The notes under the pieces are model-generated. The model saw only the letters and a program-made list of their open reading frames with translations, did no database searches and was not told where the DNA came from. Below, piece after piece: positions 41,122 through 52,243 of a DNA stretch of 64,000 nt; position 1 is the stretch's first letter, and each line of letters starts with the position of its first letter. The stretch spans positions 352,001 through 416,000 of the forward strand of contig CAVONQ010000018.1 in the NCBI GenBank assembly GCA_963697335.1, given 5' to 3'. The position numbers were made by a program, and so were the translations under genes. Origin of the DNA: an uncultured cyanobacterium (lineage in GTDB: Bacteria > Cyanobacteriota > Cyanobacteriia > PCC-6307 > Cyanobiaceae).

Positions 41122-42282
41122 ATGTCCTCCTCCACCCTGGCTGGCCTGATCGCGCCCCACGGAGGCACCCTGGTGGATCTGATGGTGCCCGCGGCGGAGC
41201 AGGAGGCCGTGCGTGCCGGGGTGGATCGGGTGCTCGAGTGCAGCGATCGCAACGCTTGCGACGTGGAGCTGCTGGTGGTGGGCGGCTTCTCGCCGTTGCG
41301 GGGCTTCATGCACCAGGAGGACTACGACGCCGTGGTGGCCGGCCATCGCACCACGAGCGGCCTCCTGTTCGGTCTGCCGATCGTGTTCGACACCGATGAG
41401 GTGAGCGTGGCCGTCGGCGAGCGGCTGCTGCTCACCTACCAGGGCCAGGACCTGGCCGTGCTCACGGTGGAGAGCAAGTGGGAGCCCGACAAGGCCCTTG
41501 AGGCCCAGGGCTGCTACGGCACCACCTCGATCGAGCACCCCGCCGTGCGCATGATCACCGGCGAGCGAGGCCGCTTCTACCTCGGTGGCCGGCTGCAGGG
41601 GTTGGCCCTGCCAGAGCGGGTGTTCCCCTGCAAGACCCCGGCCGAGGTGCGGGCCACCCTGCCGGAGGGCCAGAGCGTGGTGGCGTTCCAGTGCCGCAAC
41701 CCGATTCACCGCGCCCACTACGAGCTGTTCACCCGGGCCCTGGAGGCCGGCAACGTGAGCGAACAAGCCGTCGTGCTCGTGCACCCCACCTGCGGCCCCA
41801 CCCAGGACGACGACATCGCCGGCGCCGTGCGCTTCCAGACCTATGAGCGCCTCGCCGCGGAGGTGAACAACCCCCGCATTCGCTGGGCCTACCTGCCCTA
41901 CTCGATGCACATGGCCGGCCCCCGCGAGGCGCTGCAGCACATGATCATCCGCAAGAATTACGGTTGCACCCACTTCATCATCGGCCGGGACATGGCGGGC
42001 TGTAAGTCGAGTCTCAACGGCAGCGACTTCTACGGCCCTTACGAAGCCCAGGACTTCGCCCGCGACAACGCCCCCGAACTGGGCATGGAGACGGTGCCCT
42101 CCCTCAACCTCGTCTACACCGAGGAGGAGGGCTATGTCACGGCGGAGCACGCCGAGGCCCGTGGGCTGCACATCCGCAAGCTGAGCGGCACCCAGTTCCG
42201 CCAGATGCTGCGTGGCGGCGAGGAGATCCCGGAATGGTTCGCCTTCCGTAGTGTGGTGGAGGTGCTGCGGGCTGCGGCCTGA
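41122..42282 (+). CDS. sat: Sulfate adenylyltransferase
   Basis: GGFSPLRGFM, FQCRNPIHRAH, AGPREA, HFIIGRDMAG. Confidence 0.96.
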   Translation: MSSSTLAGLIAPHGGTLVDLMVPAAEQEAVRAGVDRVLECSDRNACDVELLVVGGFSPLRGFMHQEDYDAVVAGHRTTSGLLFGLPIVFDTDEVSVAVGERLLLTYQGQDLAVLTVESKWEPDKALEAQGCYGTTSIEHPAVRMITGERGRFYLGGRLQGLALPERVFPCKTPAEVRATLPEGQSVVAFQCRNPIHRAHYELFTRALEAGNVSEQAVVLVHPTCGPTQDDDIAGAVRFQTYERLAAEVNNPRIRWAYLPYSMHMAGPREALQHMIIRKNYGCTHFIIGRDMAGCKSSLNGSDFYGPYEAQDFARDNAPELGMETVPSLNLVYTEEEGYVTAEHAEARGLHIRKLSGTQFRQMLRGGEEIPEWFAFRSVVEVLRAAA

Positions 42283-42353
42283 GGCGCCGGCGCATCGGGC
42301 GGCTCACCGCCGGTTAACATTCCGTTACTAAATCTCTCAGCTGAGGCGAGGCC

Positions 42354-44198
42354 GTGAACAAACGCTGGCGCAACGCGGGGCTGTACGTGCTCCTGGTGAT
42401 CGTGGTGATCGCCGTGGGCACCGCTTTCCTCGACCGTCCGGATCCCGCCAACGCGCCGCGCACCCTGCGCTACAGCGACTTTGTGGAAGCCGTGCAGGAC
42501 AACGAAGTGTCCCGGGTGCTGATCGCCCCAGACCGCGGCACCGCCCAGGTGGTGGAAAACGATGGCCGCCGCGCCGTGGTCAACCTGGCTCCCGACAAGG
42601 ACCTGCTCAAGCTGCTCACGGACCACAACGTGGACATCGCTGTACAGCCCAGCCGGGAGCCTGCCGCCTGGCAGCAGGCCGCCGGCAGCCTGATCTTCCC
42701 GCTGCTGTTGCTGGGAGGACTGTTCTTCCTGCTGCGGCGGGCCCAGGGGGGTGGCGGCAACCCGGCCATGAGCTTCGGCAAGAGCAAGGCGCGGGTGCAG
42801 ATGGAGCCCCAGACCCAGGTGACCTTCGGCGATGTGGCCGGCATTGAGGGCGCCAAGCTGGAGCTCACCGAAGTGGTGGACTTCCTCAAGAATCCGGATC
42901 GCTTCACCGCCGTTGGCGCCAAGATCCCGAAGGGCGTGCTGCTGGTGGGCCCCCCCGGCACCGGCAAGACCCTCCTGGCCAAGGCCGTGGCCGGTGAGGC
43001 CGGCGTGCCCTTCTTCTCGATTTCCGGTTCGGAATTTGTGGAGATGTTTGTGGGCGTGGGTGCCAGCCGGGTGAGGGATCTGTTCGAGCAGGCCAAGAAG
43101 AGCGCCCCCTGCATCGTCTTCATTGATGAGATCGACGCCGTGGGGCGTCAGCGGGGCGCTGGCCTCGGCGGCGGCAACGACGAGAGGGAGCAGACGCTCA
43201 ACCAGCTGCTCACCGAGATGGATGGCTTCGAGGGCAACACCGGCATCATCATCGTGGCGGCCACCAACCGCCCCGACGTGCTGGATGCCGCGCTGCTGCG
43301 CCCGGGCCGTTTCGATCGTCAGGTGGTGGTGGATCGCCCCGATTACAGCGGTCGCCTCCAGATTCTCGAGGTGCATGCCCGCGGCAAGACCCTGGCCAAG
43401 GATGTGGACCTCGACAAGGTCGCTCGCCGCACGCCTGGCTTCACCGGTGCCGATCTGGCCAACCTGCTGAATGAGGCGGCCATCCTCGCGGCCCGGCGCC
43501 AGCTCACCGAGGTGTCGATGGACGAGGTCAACGACGCGATCGAGCGGGTGATGGCCGGTCCGGAGAAGAAAGACCGGGTAATGAGCGAGAAGCGCAAGCG
43601 CCTGGTGGCTTACCACGAATCCGGCCACGCTCTGGTGGGGGCCCTGATGCCCGATTACGACCCCGTGCAGAAGATCTCGATCATTCCCCGCGGCCAGGCC
43701 GGTGGCCTCACCTTCTTCACCCCCAGTGAGGAGCGCATGGAATCGGGGCTCTATTCCAGGGCTTATCTGCAGAACCAGATGGCCGTGGCCCTGGGTGGCC
43801 GCGTGGCCGAGGAACTGGTCTACGGCGACGATGAGGTCACCACCGGTGCCTCCAACGACCTGCAGCAGGTGGCTCGGGTGGCGCGCCAGATGGTCACCCG
43901 CTTCGGCATGAGCGAGCGCATCGGTCCCGTGGCCCTCGGCCGCAGCCAAGGGGGCATGTTCCTCGGCCGCGACATCGCAGCCGAGCGCGACTTCTCCGAG
44001 GACACCGCCGCCACCATCGATGAGGAGGTGAGCCAGCTGGTGGAAGACGCCTACCGCCGGGCCACCGAAGTGCTCAGCAACAACCGGGCCGTGCTCGATC
44101 AGCTGGCCGAGCTGCTCGTGGAGAAGGAAACCGTGGATGCCGAGCAGCTCCAGGAGCTGCTTCTGCAGAGCGATGTGCGGGTGGCCGAGTACGTCTGA
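42354..44198 (+). CDS. ftsH: ATP-dependent zinc metalloprotease FtsH (FtsH3-like)
   Basis: Two TMs, [28 protein letters not shown]. Confidence 0.97.
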   Translation: MNKRWRNAGLYVLLVIVVIAVGTAFLDRPDPANAPRTLRYSDFVEAVQDNEVSRVLIAPDRGTAQVVENDGRRAVVNLAPDKDLLKLLTDHNVDIAVQPSREPAAWQQAAGSLIFPLLLLGGLFFLLRRAQGGGGNPAMSFGKSKARVQMEPQTQVTFGDVAGIEGAKLELTEVVDFLKNPDRFTAVGAKIPKGVLLVGPPGTGKTLLAKAVAGEAGVPFFSISGSEFVEMFVGVGASRVRDLFEQAKKSAPCIVFIDEIDAVGRQRGAGLGGGNDEREQTLNQLLTEMDGFEGNTGIIIVAATNRPDVLDAALLRPGRFDRQVVVDRPDYSGRLQILEVHARGKTLAKDVDLDKVARRTPGFTGADLANLLNEAAILAARRQLTEVSMDEVNDAIERVMAGPEKKDRVMSEKRKRLVAYHESGHALVGALMPDYDPVQKISIIPRGQAGGLTFFTPSEERMESGLYSRAYLQNQMAVALGGRVAEELVYGDDEVTTGASNDLQQVARVARQMVTRFGMSERIGPVALGRSQGGMFLGRDIAAERDFSEDTAATIDEEVSQLVEDAYRRATEVLSNNRAVLDQLAELLVEKETVDAEQLQELLLQSDVRVAEYV

Positions 44199-44220
44199 GC
44201 CCCTCGGCTGATCAGGCCTG

Positions 44221-44847
44221 TTGATCGCCTCTTTCCCCCCGCTTCTCGATGCGCTGCACCACCAGCCCCTGCTGGTGGTGCTTCGGGCTGAGCAGCCACG
44301 GCAGCTCGAGCCGGCCTTGACGGCCCTCGAGGCGATGGGGCTGGTCCACGTGGAGATCAACTGGCAACCTCACCCTGACTGGGCAGCCCAGTGCCGCGCG
44401 CTGCAGCAGGCCCACCCACGGCTGAGGTTGGGGGCGGCGTCGCTCTGCAGCCTGGAAGCGATCCGGGCCACGGCCGCCGCCGGTCTGGGCTACGGCATGT
44501 CGCCCGTTCTGGCACCGGAACTCTGGCAGGAGGCCTGCCGCCTGGGGCTGGCCCTCGTGCCCGGGGTGTTCACGCCCAGCGAAGTCCTGCAAGCCAGGCA
44601 GCTGGGCTGTCCGGCCGTGAAGCTGTTTCCCGCGGTCACCGTTGGGCCCCAATACTGGGGCCGTCTACGCGGGCCCCTGGGCGCCCTGCCGATCTGCATC
44701 GCTGCAGGCGGCCTGGCCCCCCACGACGTGCGGCCCTGGCTGCAGGCTGGCGTCGATGCCGTGGCCCTGGGCGGCAGCCTCGACCAGGACGGTGCCATGG
44801 GCGCGCTGAAGGCCCTGATCAGCGACCTGCGCCCAACCTCCGCCTGA
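44221..44847 (+). CDS. eda: KHG/KDPG aldolase family protein
   Basis: LVVLR, VEI, PGVFTPSE, VKLFPA, AAGG. Confidence 0.8.
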   Translation: MIASFPPLLDALHHQPLLVVLRAEQPRQLEPALTALEAMGLVHVEINWQPHPDWAAQCRALQQAHPRLRLGAASLCSLEAIRATAAAGLGYGMSPVLAPELWQEACRLGLALVPGVFTPSEVLQARQLGCPAVKLFPAVTVGPQYWGRLRGPLGALPICIAAGGLAPHDVRPWLQAGVDAVALGGSLDQDGAMGALKALISDLRPTSA

Positions 44848-44853
44848 GTCCCT

Positions 44854-45945
44854 TCACCACAGGCTGCACTGTCCTTGCTGGCGCAGCAGGTGATCAGCCA
44901 GCACCAGGGCCACCATCGCCTCCACCATCGGCACCGCCCTGGGCAGCACACAGGGGTCGTGGCGTCCCTTGGCGGCCAGGGTGGTGGCGGCGCCGCTGAC
45001 ATCGATGGTCTGCTGCTGCTTGCGGATCGTGGCGGTGGGTTTGAACGCCACCCGGATCACGATCATCTCGCCGTTGCTGATCCCGCCCTGGATGCCGCCT
45101 GAATTGTTGGTGGCCGTGTGCAGGCTGCCGTCGTCCGTGGGCAGGAAGGCGTCGTTGTGCTCACTGCCCTTCAGCAGGGTGCCGGCGAAGCCGGAGCCGA
45201 TCTCGAAGCCCTTGGTGGCCGGCAGCGACATCACCGCCTTGGCCAGATCGGCCTCCAGCTTGTCGAACACCGGCATGCCCAGCCCCACCGGCGGCCGCCG
45301 CACCACGCATTCGATCACGCCGCCGCAGGAATCGCCTTCCCGGCCGATCGCCTCGATCCGCTCCACCATCCGCTCGGCGGTCTCGGGGTCGGGGCAGCGC
45401 ACGATGGTCGCCTCCACGTCGTCGAGGCTGACGCTGGCCGGGTCGATCCCATGGGCCTCGATGGTGTGGATCCGCTTCACCCAGGCCAGCACCTCGGTGC
45501 CGCCCGCCCTGGCCAGCAGTTGTTTGGCGATGGCGCCTGCGGCCACGCGACCGATGGTTTCCCGTGCTGAGGCTCGACCGCCGCCGCTGCGGGCCTGGAT
45601 GCCGTACTTGGCCTGGTAGGTGGCATCGGCGTGGGAGGGGCGGAAGGCCACCGCCATCTCCTGGTAATCCCCAGGGCGCTGGTCCTTGTTGCGCACCACC
45701 ATGGCGATGGGCGTGCCGAGGGTCTGCCCGTCCAGCAGGCCGCTGAGAATCTCGACGCGATCGTCTTCCTTGCGCGGGGTGGTGATCTTGCTCTGGCCGG
45801 GTTTGCGGCGATCGAGATCCCGCTGGATGTCCTCCAGGGCGAGGGCCAGCCGCGGCGGGCAGCCATCCACGATCACCCCCACGCCACCACCGTGGGATTC
45901 GCCAAAGGTGCTGATGCGAAAGAGCTGGCCGAAGCTGCTTCCCAT
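44854..45945 (-). CDS. aroC: Chorismate synthase
   Basis: [39 protein letters not shown]. Confidence 0.97.
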   Translation of the reverse strand: MGSSFGQLFRISTFGESHGGGVGVIVDGCPPRLALALEDIQRDLDRRKPGQSKITTPRKEDDRVEILSGLLDGQTLGTPIAMVVRNKDQRPGDYQEMAVAFRPSHADATYQAKYGIQARSGGGRASARETIGRVAAGAIAKQLLARAGGTEVLAWVKRIHTIEAHGIDPASVSLDDVEATIVRCPDPETAERMVERIEAIGREGDSCGGVIECVVRRPPVGLGMPVFDKLEADLAKAVMSLPATKGFEIGSGFAGTLLKGSEHNDAFLPTDDGSLHTATNNSGGIQGGISNGEMIVIRVAFKPTATIRKQQQTIDVSGAATTLAAKGRHDPCVLPRAVPMVEAMVALVLADHLLRQQGQCSLW

Positions 45946-46086
45946 GGCTGCCACACAGTGCTGCGAGCGTAGGGGCTGGGCCCTGGCAACGGTCTCGGCC
46001 GCTCCGCTACACCGCTGCAGAAGCTTCCGCCAAGGTTCAGCGGCTGAAACCAAGCTGATCAGGGGCTGCCACCTGGGTCCAACAAT

Positions 46087-46111
46087 AAAAACCCCCCTCG
46101 TGAGAGGGGGG
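46087..46111 (-). terminator. Intrinsic terminator after psbA
   Basis: CCCCCCTC-GTGA-GAGGGGGG stem with T5 on the minus strand. Confidence 0.8.
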
Positions 46112-46143
46112 CATGGGGTCCCGTCCGATCGAAGCTGGTGGCC

Positions 46144-47223
46144 TCAGCCGATCGCCGGGGCGGTCAGAGCCACGGGGGTGGCTTCTGCTGCAGCCAGGTC
46201 GAGGGGGAAGTTGTGAGCGTTGCGCTCGTGCATCACTTCCATACCCAGGTTGGCGCGGTTCAGCACGTCGGCCCAGGTGTTCACCACGCGGCCTTGGCCA
46301 TCGAGGATCGACTGGTTGAAGTTGAAACCGTTCAGGTTGAAGGCCATCGTGCTCACGCCCAGGGCGGTGAACCAGATGCCGACCACCGGCCAGGCAGCCA
46401 GGAAGAAGTGCAGGCTGCGGCTGTTGTTGAAGCTGGCGTATTGGAAGATCAGGCGACCGAAGTAACCGTGGGCAGCCACGATGTTGTAGGTCTCTTCCTC
46501 TTGGCCGAACTTGTAGCCGTAGTTCTGGCTCTCGCTCTCGGTGGTTTCACGCACCAGGGAGGAGGTCACCAGCGAGCCGTGCATGGCGGAGAACAGGGAG
46601 CCACCGAACACACCGGCCACACCCAGCATGTGGAAGGGGTGCATCAGGATGTTGTGCTCAGCCTGGAACACCAGCATGAAGTTGAAGGTGCCGCTGATGC
46701 CGAGGGGCATTCCGTCGGAGAAGGAGCCCTGACCGAAGGGATACACCAGGAACACAGCCGAAGCAGCAGCCACGGGGGCGCTGTAGGCAACACAGATCCA
46801 GGGGCGCATGCCCAGGCGGTAGGAGAGTTCCCACTCACGACCCATGTAGCAGAAGATGCCGATCAGGAAGTGGAAGACAACCAGCTGGTAAGGACCGCCG
46901 TTGTAGAGCCACTCATCGAGGCTGGCAGCTTCCCAGATGGGATAGAAGTGCAGGCCGATGGCGTTGCTGGAGGGCACAACAGCACCGGAGATGATGTTGT
47001 TGCCGTAGATCAGCGAACCGGCAACCGGCTCACGGATGCCGTCGATGTCAACAGGGGGAGCGGCGATGAACGCCACGATGTAGCAGATGGTCGCAGCCAG
47101 CAGGGTGGGGATCATCAGCACGCCGAACCAGCCCACGTAGAGGCGGTTGTTGGTGGAGGTGACCCACTCGCAGAACTGCTGCCAGCTGGAGGCGCCGGAG
47201 CGCTGCTGGAGAGTGGTGGTCAT
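46144..47223 (-). CDS. psbA: Photosystem II D1 protein (Glu130, D1:2-type)
   Basis: [36 protein letters not shown]; 359 aa. Confidence 0.99.
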   Translation of the reverse strand: MTTTLQQRSGASSWQQFCEWVTSTNNRLYVGWFGVLMIPTLLAATICYIVAFIAAPPVDIDGIREPVAGSLIYGNNIISGAVVPSSNAIGLHFYPIWEAASLDEWLYNGGPYQLVVFHFLIGIFCYMGREWELSYRLGMRPWICVAYSAPVAAASAVFLVYPFGQGSFSDGMPLGISGTFNFMLVFQAEHNILMHPFHMLGVAGVFGGSLFSAMHGSLVTSSLVRETTESESQNYGYKFGQEEETYNIVAAHGYFGRLIFQYASFNNSRSLHFFLAAWPVVGIWFTALGVSTMAFNLNGFNFNQSILDGQGRVVNTWADVLNRANLGMEVMHERNAHNFPLDLAAAEATPVALTAPAIG

Positions 47224-47436
47224 GAGAACAGGTGATGGGTGCTCGAAAGAGCAGGTAAGTAGGACGGCAGAAGCACTGCAGGGCAAAACCCGGAAGCAGG
47301 AACGGCCGCGGGACGGAACCCCGTCGCTGCTTAACGTAACAGAACGTTGCGGGGTTTGTGAAGAGGGGTTGAGTGTGGTGAACCCACCTTGCGCCTGGCG
47401 CCGGCCCTCAGGGCGCCTCCGTTCAGGCGGCGGGCG

Positions 47437-48411
47437 ATGAGGGGTCGCTCAAAGCTGGTCACCTGGAGCCCGAGCCTCACCCTGGTGCCCACCTCCAGCT
47501 GCTTCAACCGCTGCGGCTACTGCGGTTTTCGCCAGGAGCCCGACCCGCAGGATCCTCTGGCGGACGCGCTCACACAGCCTGAAGCGCAGGCCAGCCTCGA
47601 TCGCCGCCCCAGGGCGGGAGAGGTGCTGCTGCTCAGTGGCGAGGTGGCTCCAGAGGCGCCCCAGCGGCGGGCCTGGTTTCTGTTGTTGCTGCGCCTCAGC
47701 CGCCTCGCCCTGGCCAATGGCCGCCTGCCCCACACCAATGCCGGCCCCCTCTCGCTCCAGGAGATGGCGGCCCTGGGGCGCCTCAATCCCTCCATGGGCC
47801 TGATGCTCGAAGGCCTGGGGCCGGCCTGGCAGCGCTGGCATCGCCAGGCCCCCAGCAAGCGGCTGGAGCTGCGCTTGCTGCAGCTGGAGCAGGCCGGCCG
47901 CCTCGGTATCCCCTTCACCACCGGCCTCCTGCTCGGGGCGGGCGAGAGCTCCAGGGATCGGCGCCAGGCCCTGGAGTTGATCACCCAGCTTCACGTCACC
48001 TGGGGCCACGTGCAGGAGGTGATCCTGCAGCCTTTCCGTCCTCCAGGTCCGTCGCCGGCGGAGCTCGATCCGCCCAGCTGCAATGAGCTGCTGGAGCTGA
48101 TCGCCGAGGCGCGCCACATCCTGCCGCCCGAGGTGCACCTGCAGCTGCCCCCCAACCTCTGGCCGCGTCAGCGGCTGGTGGAGGCCCTCGAGGCCGGCAT
48201 CGATGACCTCGGCGGTATCGACGGCGAGGGGGATGTGATCAATCCCGCCTATTCCCAGCCGTCGCCCCAGGCGCTGACGCGGCAGTTGGTGGCGGCCGGC
48301 TGGGAGCTGCGCCCGCGGCTCTGCGTGCACCGCCCCTGGCTCGCCTGGTTGCCGGCGCCCCTGCGGCAGCGGGCGCAGGCCATGGCCCAGCGGCTCGATC
48401 GCTCTGGTTAG
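47437..48411 (+). CDS. cofG: 7,8-didemethyl-8-hydroxy-5-deazariboflavin synthase subunit CofG
   Basis: [47 protein letters not shown]. Confidence 0.9.
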   Translation: MRGRSKLVTWSPSLTLVPTSSCFNRCGYCGFRQEPDPQDPLADALTQPEAQASLDRRPRAGEVLLLSGEVAPEAPQRRAWFLLLLRLSRLALANGRLPHTNAGPLSLQEMAALGRLNPSMGLMLEGLGPAWQRWHRQAPSKRLELRLLQLEQAGRLGIPFTTGLLLGAGESSRDRRQALELITQLHVTWGHVQEVILQPFRPPGPSPAELDPPSCNELLELIAEARHILPPEVHLQLPPNLWPRQRLVEALEAGIDDLGGIDGEGDVINPAYSQPSPQALTRQLVAAGWELRPRLCVHRPWLAWLPAPLRQRAQAMAQRLDRSG

Positions 48412-48443
48412 TGTCGCGCCATCACCAACGTGAGTGACGGACC

Positions 48444-50024
48444 TTGAGCACCACCAGTCCCCACCGGGTGCTGCTCGTGAGGCTGCCCTGCAATCCGATT
48501 TTTCCGATCGGCCCCGTCTACCTCGCCGACCATCTGCACAAGCAGTTCCCTGATCTGCAGCAGCGGTTTCTCGACCTCGCCGCTCTGCCGGTGCTCGATG
48601 TGGAGCGCATTCTGGCCGCCGTGGTGGACAGTTTCCGCCCCACCCTGCTGGTGTTCTCCTGGCGTGACATCCAGATCTATGCCCCGGTGGATGGCCGCAG
48701 TGGCAACCCGCTGCAGCACTCCTTCGAGGTGTTCTACGCCCGCAACCCGCTCAAGCGGCTGCGCGGAGCCCTGGGGGGCCTGGGCCTGATGCGCGCTTTC
48801 TACGCCGAGCTCTGGCGCAACCTGCGGCTGGTGCGGCAAGGGGTGAAGCGGGCCCGGCGCTATCAGCCCGAAGCCCGCGCCGTGATCGGGGGCGGTGCCG
48901 TGAGTGTGTTCTATGAGCAGCTCGGGCGCCAGCTGCCCCCCGGCACGGTGGTGTCGGTCGGCGAGGGCGAACCCCTGCTGGAGAAGTTGGTCAGGGGCGA
49001 CTCCCTGGCCGGAGAGCGCTGCTTTGTGGCCGGCGAAGAGCCCCGCCCGGGTCTGATCCATGAGCAGCCCGGCAGTCTGGAGAAAACGGCCTGCAACTAC
49101 GACTACATCGCCTCGATCTGGCCCCAGCTCGACTGGTACCTCGAGGGGGGTGACTTCTACGTGGGGGTGCAGACCAAGCGGGGCTGTCCCCACAACTGCT
49201 GCTACTGCGTGTACACGGTGGTGGAGGGCAAGGCGGTGCGGGTGAATCCGGTGGAGGAGGTGATCGCTGAGATGGGGCAGCTCTACCGCCGGGGGGTGCG
49301 CGGCTTCTGGTTCACCGATGCCCAGTTCATCCCGGCCCGCCGCTACATCGAGGATGCCAAGGAATTGCTGCGGGCGATCCTGGCCGAAGGCTGGCACGAC
49401 ATCCGCTGGGCCGCCTACATCCGCGCCGACAATCTCGATGCCGAGCTGGCCGAACTGATGGTGGCCACCGGCATGGAGTATTTCGAGATCGGCATCACTT
49501 CGGGTTCCCAGGAGCTGGTGCGCAAGATGCGCATGGGCTACAACCTGCGCACCGTGCTGGAGAACTGCCGGCTGCTGGCCAGGGCCGGATTCCGCCACCA
49601 TGTGTCGGTGAACTACTCGTTCAATGTGATCGATGAGCGCCCCGAAACCATCCGCCAGACGGTGGCCTACCACCGCGAGCTGGAGCGCATCTTCGGCGCC
49701 GACAAAGTGGAACCGGCGATCTTCTTCATCGGCCTGCAGCCCCACACCCACCTGGAGCAATACGGCTTCGAACAGGGCCTGATCAAGCCGGGCTATAACC
49801 CGATGAGCATGATGCCCTGGGCGGCGCGCAAGACGCTCTGGAACCCCGAGCCGATGGGCAGCACCTTTGGGCGCATCTGTCTGGAGGCGTTTGACCGCAA
49901 CCCCGGCGACTTCGGCCGCACGGTGATGGACCTCCTGGAGCGGGATTACGGCCTGGCGCCCCTGGATGAGGCCCTCAGGGCTCCGGTGGAAGGCCGTCGC
50001 GCCCTCGCCAACGCGGTGCGCTGA
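48444..50024 (+). CDS. B12-binding radical SAM protein (cyanobacterial PSII high-light acclimation type)
   Basis: RLPCNPIFPIGPVYLADH, SWRDIQIYAP, KRGCPHNCCYC. Confidence 0.88.
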   Translation: MSTTSPHRVLLVRLPCNPIFPIGPVYLADHLHKQFPDLQQRFLDLAALPVLDVERILAAVVDSFRPTLLVFSWRDIQIYAPVDGRSGNPLQHSFEVFYARNPLKRLRGALGGLGLMRAFYAELWRNLRLVRQGVKRARRYQPEARAVIGGGAVSVFYEQLGRQLPPGTVVSVGEGEPLLEKLVRGDSLAGERCFVAGEEPRPGLIHEQPGSLEKTACNYDYIASIWPQLDWYLEGGDFYVGVQTKRGCPHNCCYCVYTVVEGKAVRVNPVEEVIAEMGQLYRRGVRGFWFTDAQFIPARRYIEDAKELLRAILAEGWHDIRWAAYIRADNLDAELAELMVATGMEYFEIGITSGSQELVRKMRMGYNLRTVLENCRLLARAGFRHHVSVNYSFNVIDERPETIRQTVAYHRELERIFGADKVEPAIFFIGLQPHTHLEQYGFEQGLIKPGYNPMSMMPWAARKTLWNPEPMGSTFGRICLEAFDRNPGDFGRTVMDLLERDYGLAPLDEALRAPVEGRRALANAVR

Positions 50025-50098
50025 AGCCGCGAGCCAGCCGGGACTGGGTCTGCGGCTGGCCACCTCCCTAGCTTGGAGCTCCCTGATTTCGCTGCCCG

Positions 50099-52243
50099 GT
50101 GCGTTACGAGTGGGTCGAGCAACACGCCGAGGAGGATTGCGGCGCGGCCTGCCTGGCCACAGTGGCCCGCTACCACGGCCGCCGGCTGGCCCTCTCCCGG
50201 GTGCGCGAACTGGTGGGCACGGGGACCCGAGGCACCACCTTGCTGGGCCTGCGGCGGGGAGCCGACGCCGTCGGTTTCCATGCCCGGGCGGTGCGGGCCG
50301 ATGGGGCCCTGCTCGACCGCCTCGAGGCGCTGCCCCTGCCGGCGATCTGTCACTGGCAGGGAAACCACTGGGTGGTGCTGTACGGCCGGAAGGGCCGCAA
50401 GCTGGTGATTGCGGATCCGGCTGTCGGGATCCGCAGGTTGTCACCTGAGGAGTTTCGAGCCGGTTGGGGCAACGGGGTGCTGTTGCTGCTTGAGCCGGAT
50501 CTCAACCGTCTGCTGGAGCAGCCGCAGGAGGAGCGGCTGCCGTTTCTGCGCTTCCTGCGGCTGAGCTGGCCCTACCGGGGTTTGCTGCTGCAGGCCCTTG
50601 GCATCAACGTGGTGATCGGCCTGCTGGCCCTGGCCATGCCGCTGTTGATGCAGCTGCTCACCGATGATGTGCTGGTGCGCCGGGATAGCCAACTGCTCAC
50701 CAGCCTTGGCCTGGCGATGCTGTTTCTGTTTGTCTTTCGCAGCGCCATCAGCCTGATCCAGGGCCACATAGTGGGTCATTTCGCCCAGCGCCTTCAGCTG
50801 GGGATGGTGCTGGAGTACGGCCATCGGCTGCTGCGCTTGCCGATGACCTATTTCGACAGCCATCGCAGTGGCGAGGTGGTGAGCCGGATTGGCGACATCA
50901 GCCGGATTAATGCCCTGATCAGCGATCTGGTGTTGGGCCTGCCCAGTGACTTCTTCATTGCTGCCATCTCGCTGGTGGTGATGCTGATCTACAGCCCTCC
51001 ACTGACGGTCGTGTCCCTGTTGGCGTTTGGAATTTTGATCGCTTCCGGACTGCTATTTCTGCCAGCTCAATACGAAAAAAGCCGCCGCGTGATTGTGGAA
51101 TCCGCGGAGAATCAGGGGTTTCTGGTGGAGATCTTCCGTGGCGCCCAGGTGCTTAAAACCACCGAGGCGTTGCCCCAGGCCTGGGACGAGTACCAGCGCA
51201 ATTTCGGCAGCGTTGCGCACCTGCGTTGGGATGCACTGCAGTTGTCGTTGTTCAGTGGCACCACCACCGGGCTGCTGTCGCGGGTCACCACCCTGGCCCT
51301 CCTCTGGTATGGCAGCAGCTTCGTGATTTCTGGTCAACTCTCCATCGGCCAGTTGCTTGCTTTCAGCGGTATGAGCGGCAATGTGCTCGGTTTTCTGGAA
51401 TCCCTCGTGGACTTCACCGACGACTACCTGACCGCCAACGTGGTGATCAGGCGGCTCTCGGAGGTGCTGGAGGGCAGCCTGGAGGACCCTAAGGCGATCG
51501 ACAAGCCATGGGTGGCCCTGCCGCAGCCGTGCGAGATCCAGTGCCGCAATCTCAGCTTCCACCATGCCGGCCGGCTGGACCTGCTCAGCAACCTTCACCT
51601 CACCATTCCCGCCGCCTGCTGCACCGCCGTGATCGGGGAATCTGGCTGCGGCAAGAGCACCCTGGTGAAGCTGCTGGCCGGCCTCTATCCACCCCAGAGC
51701 GGCTCGATCCACTACGGACCCTACGGCCGTCACGACATCTCCCTGGACTGCCTGCGGCGGCAGGTGGTGCTGGTGCCCCAGGAGGCCCAGTTCTTCAACC
51801 GCACGATCTTCGAGAATTTTCGCTTCGCCTATCCCGACGTCAGCTTCGATCAGGTGGTGGCGGCCTGCGAGCGGGCACTGGCCGACGAATTCATCCGCGA
51901 CCTGCCGGACGGTTACCAGACCGTGCTGGGAGAATTCGGCGCCAACCTCTCGGGTGGTCAGCGCCAGCGCCTGGCGATCGCGCGCGCCCTGGTGTCCTGT
52001 CCGGCCGTGCTGATCCTGGATGAATCCACCGCCGCGTTGGACCCGGTGCTGGAGCGGCGCCTGATGGACAACCTCCTGCAGCATCGCAAGGGTTTGACCA
52101 CGGTGATGATCAGTCACCGCCCGAGCGTCATCCAGCGCTGTGATTGGCTGGTGTACCTGGAGCGAGGCCACGTCGTGTCCCAGGGTCGACCCCAGGACCT
52201 GGGCAACAGTGCACCACTGGCCCCCTACCTGCTGACGGCATGA
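50099..52243 (+). CDS. Peptidase C39-containing ABC transporter (PCAT, double-glycine leader exporter)
   Basis: QHAEEDCGAAC, NHWVV, IADP catalytic residues; TM domain; GESGCGKST, LSGGQ, ILDES, ISH. Confidence 0.95.
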   Translation: MRYEWVEQHAEEDCGAACLATVARYHGRRLALSRVRELVGTGTRGTTLLGLRRGADAVGFHARAVRADGALLDRLEALPLPAICHWQGNHWVVLYGRKGRKLVIADPAVGIRRLSPEEFRAGWGNGVLLLLEPDLNRLLEQPQEERLPFLRFLRLSWPYRGLLLQALGINVVIGLLALAMPLLMQLLTDDVLVRRDSQLLTSLGLAMLFLFVFRSAISLIQGHIVGHFAQRLQLGMVLEYGHRLLRLPMTYFDSHRSGEVVSRIGDISRINALISDLVLGLPSDFFIAAISLVVMLIYSPPLTVVSLLAFGILIASGLLFLPAQYEKSRRVIVESAENQGFLVEIFRGAQVLKTTEALPQAWDEYQRNFGSVAHLRWDALQLSLFSGTTTGLLSRVTTLALLWYGSSFVISGQLSIGQLLAFSGMSGNVLGFLESLVDFTDDYLTANVVIRRLSEVLEGSLEDPKAIDKPWVALPQPCEIQCRNLSFHHAGRLDLLSNLHLTIPAACCTAVIGESGCGKSTLVKLLAGLYPPQSGSIHYGPYGRHDISLDCLRRQVVLVPQEAQFFNRTIFENFRFAYPDVSFDQVVAACERALADEFIRDLPDGYQTVLGEFGANLSGGQRQRLAIARALVSCPAVLILDESTAALDPVLERRLMDNLLQHRKGLTTVMISHRPSVIQRCDWLVYLERGHVVSQGRPQDLGNSAPLAPYLLTA

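Noticed and set aside
48444..50024. Upstream B12 radical SAM enzyme as a tailoring enzyme of the peptide cluster
   Set aside because: It is a conserved core cyanobacterial gene with host-like composition; no evidence beyond adjacency
50025..50060. GACTGGG shared between the island's left edge and about 59350 as an attachment site
   Set aside because: Only 7 bp, within chance expectation, and no integrase nearby
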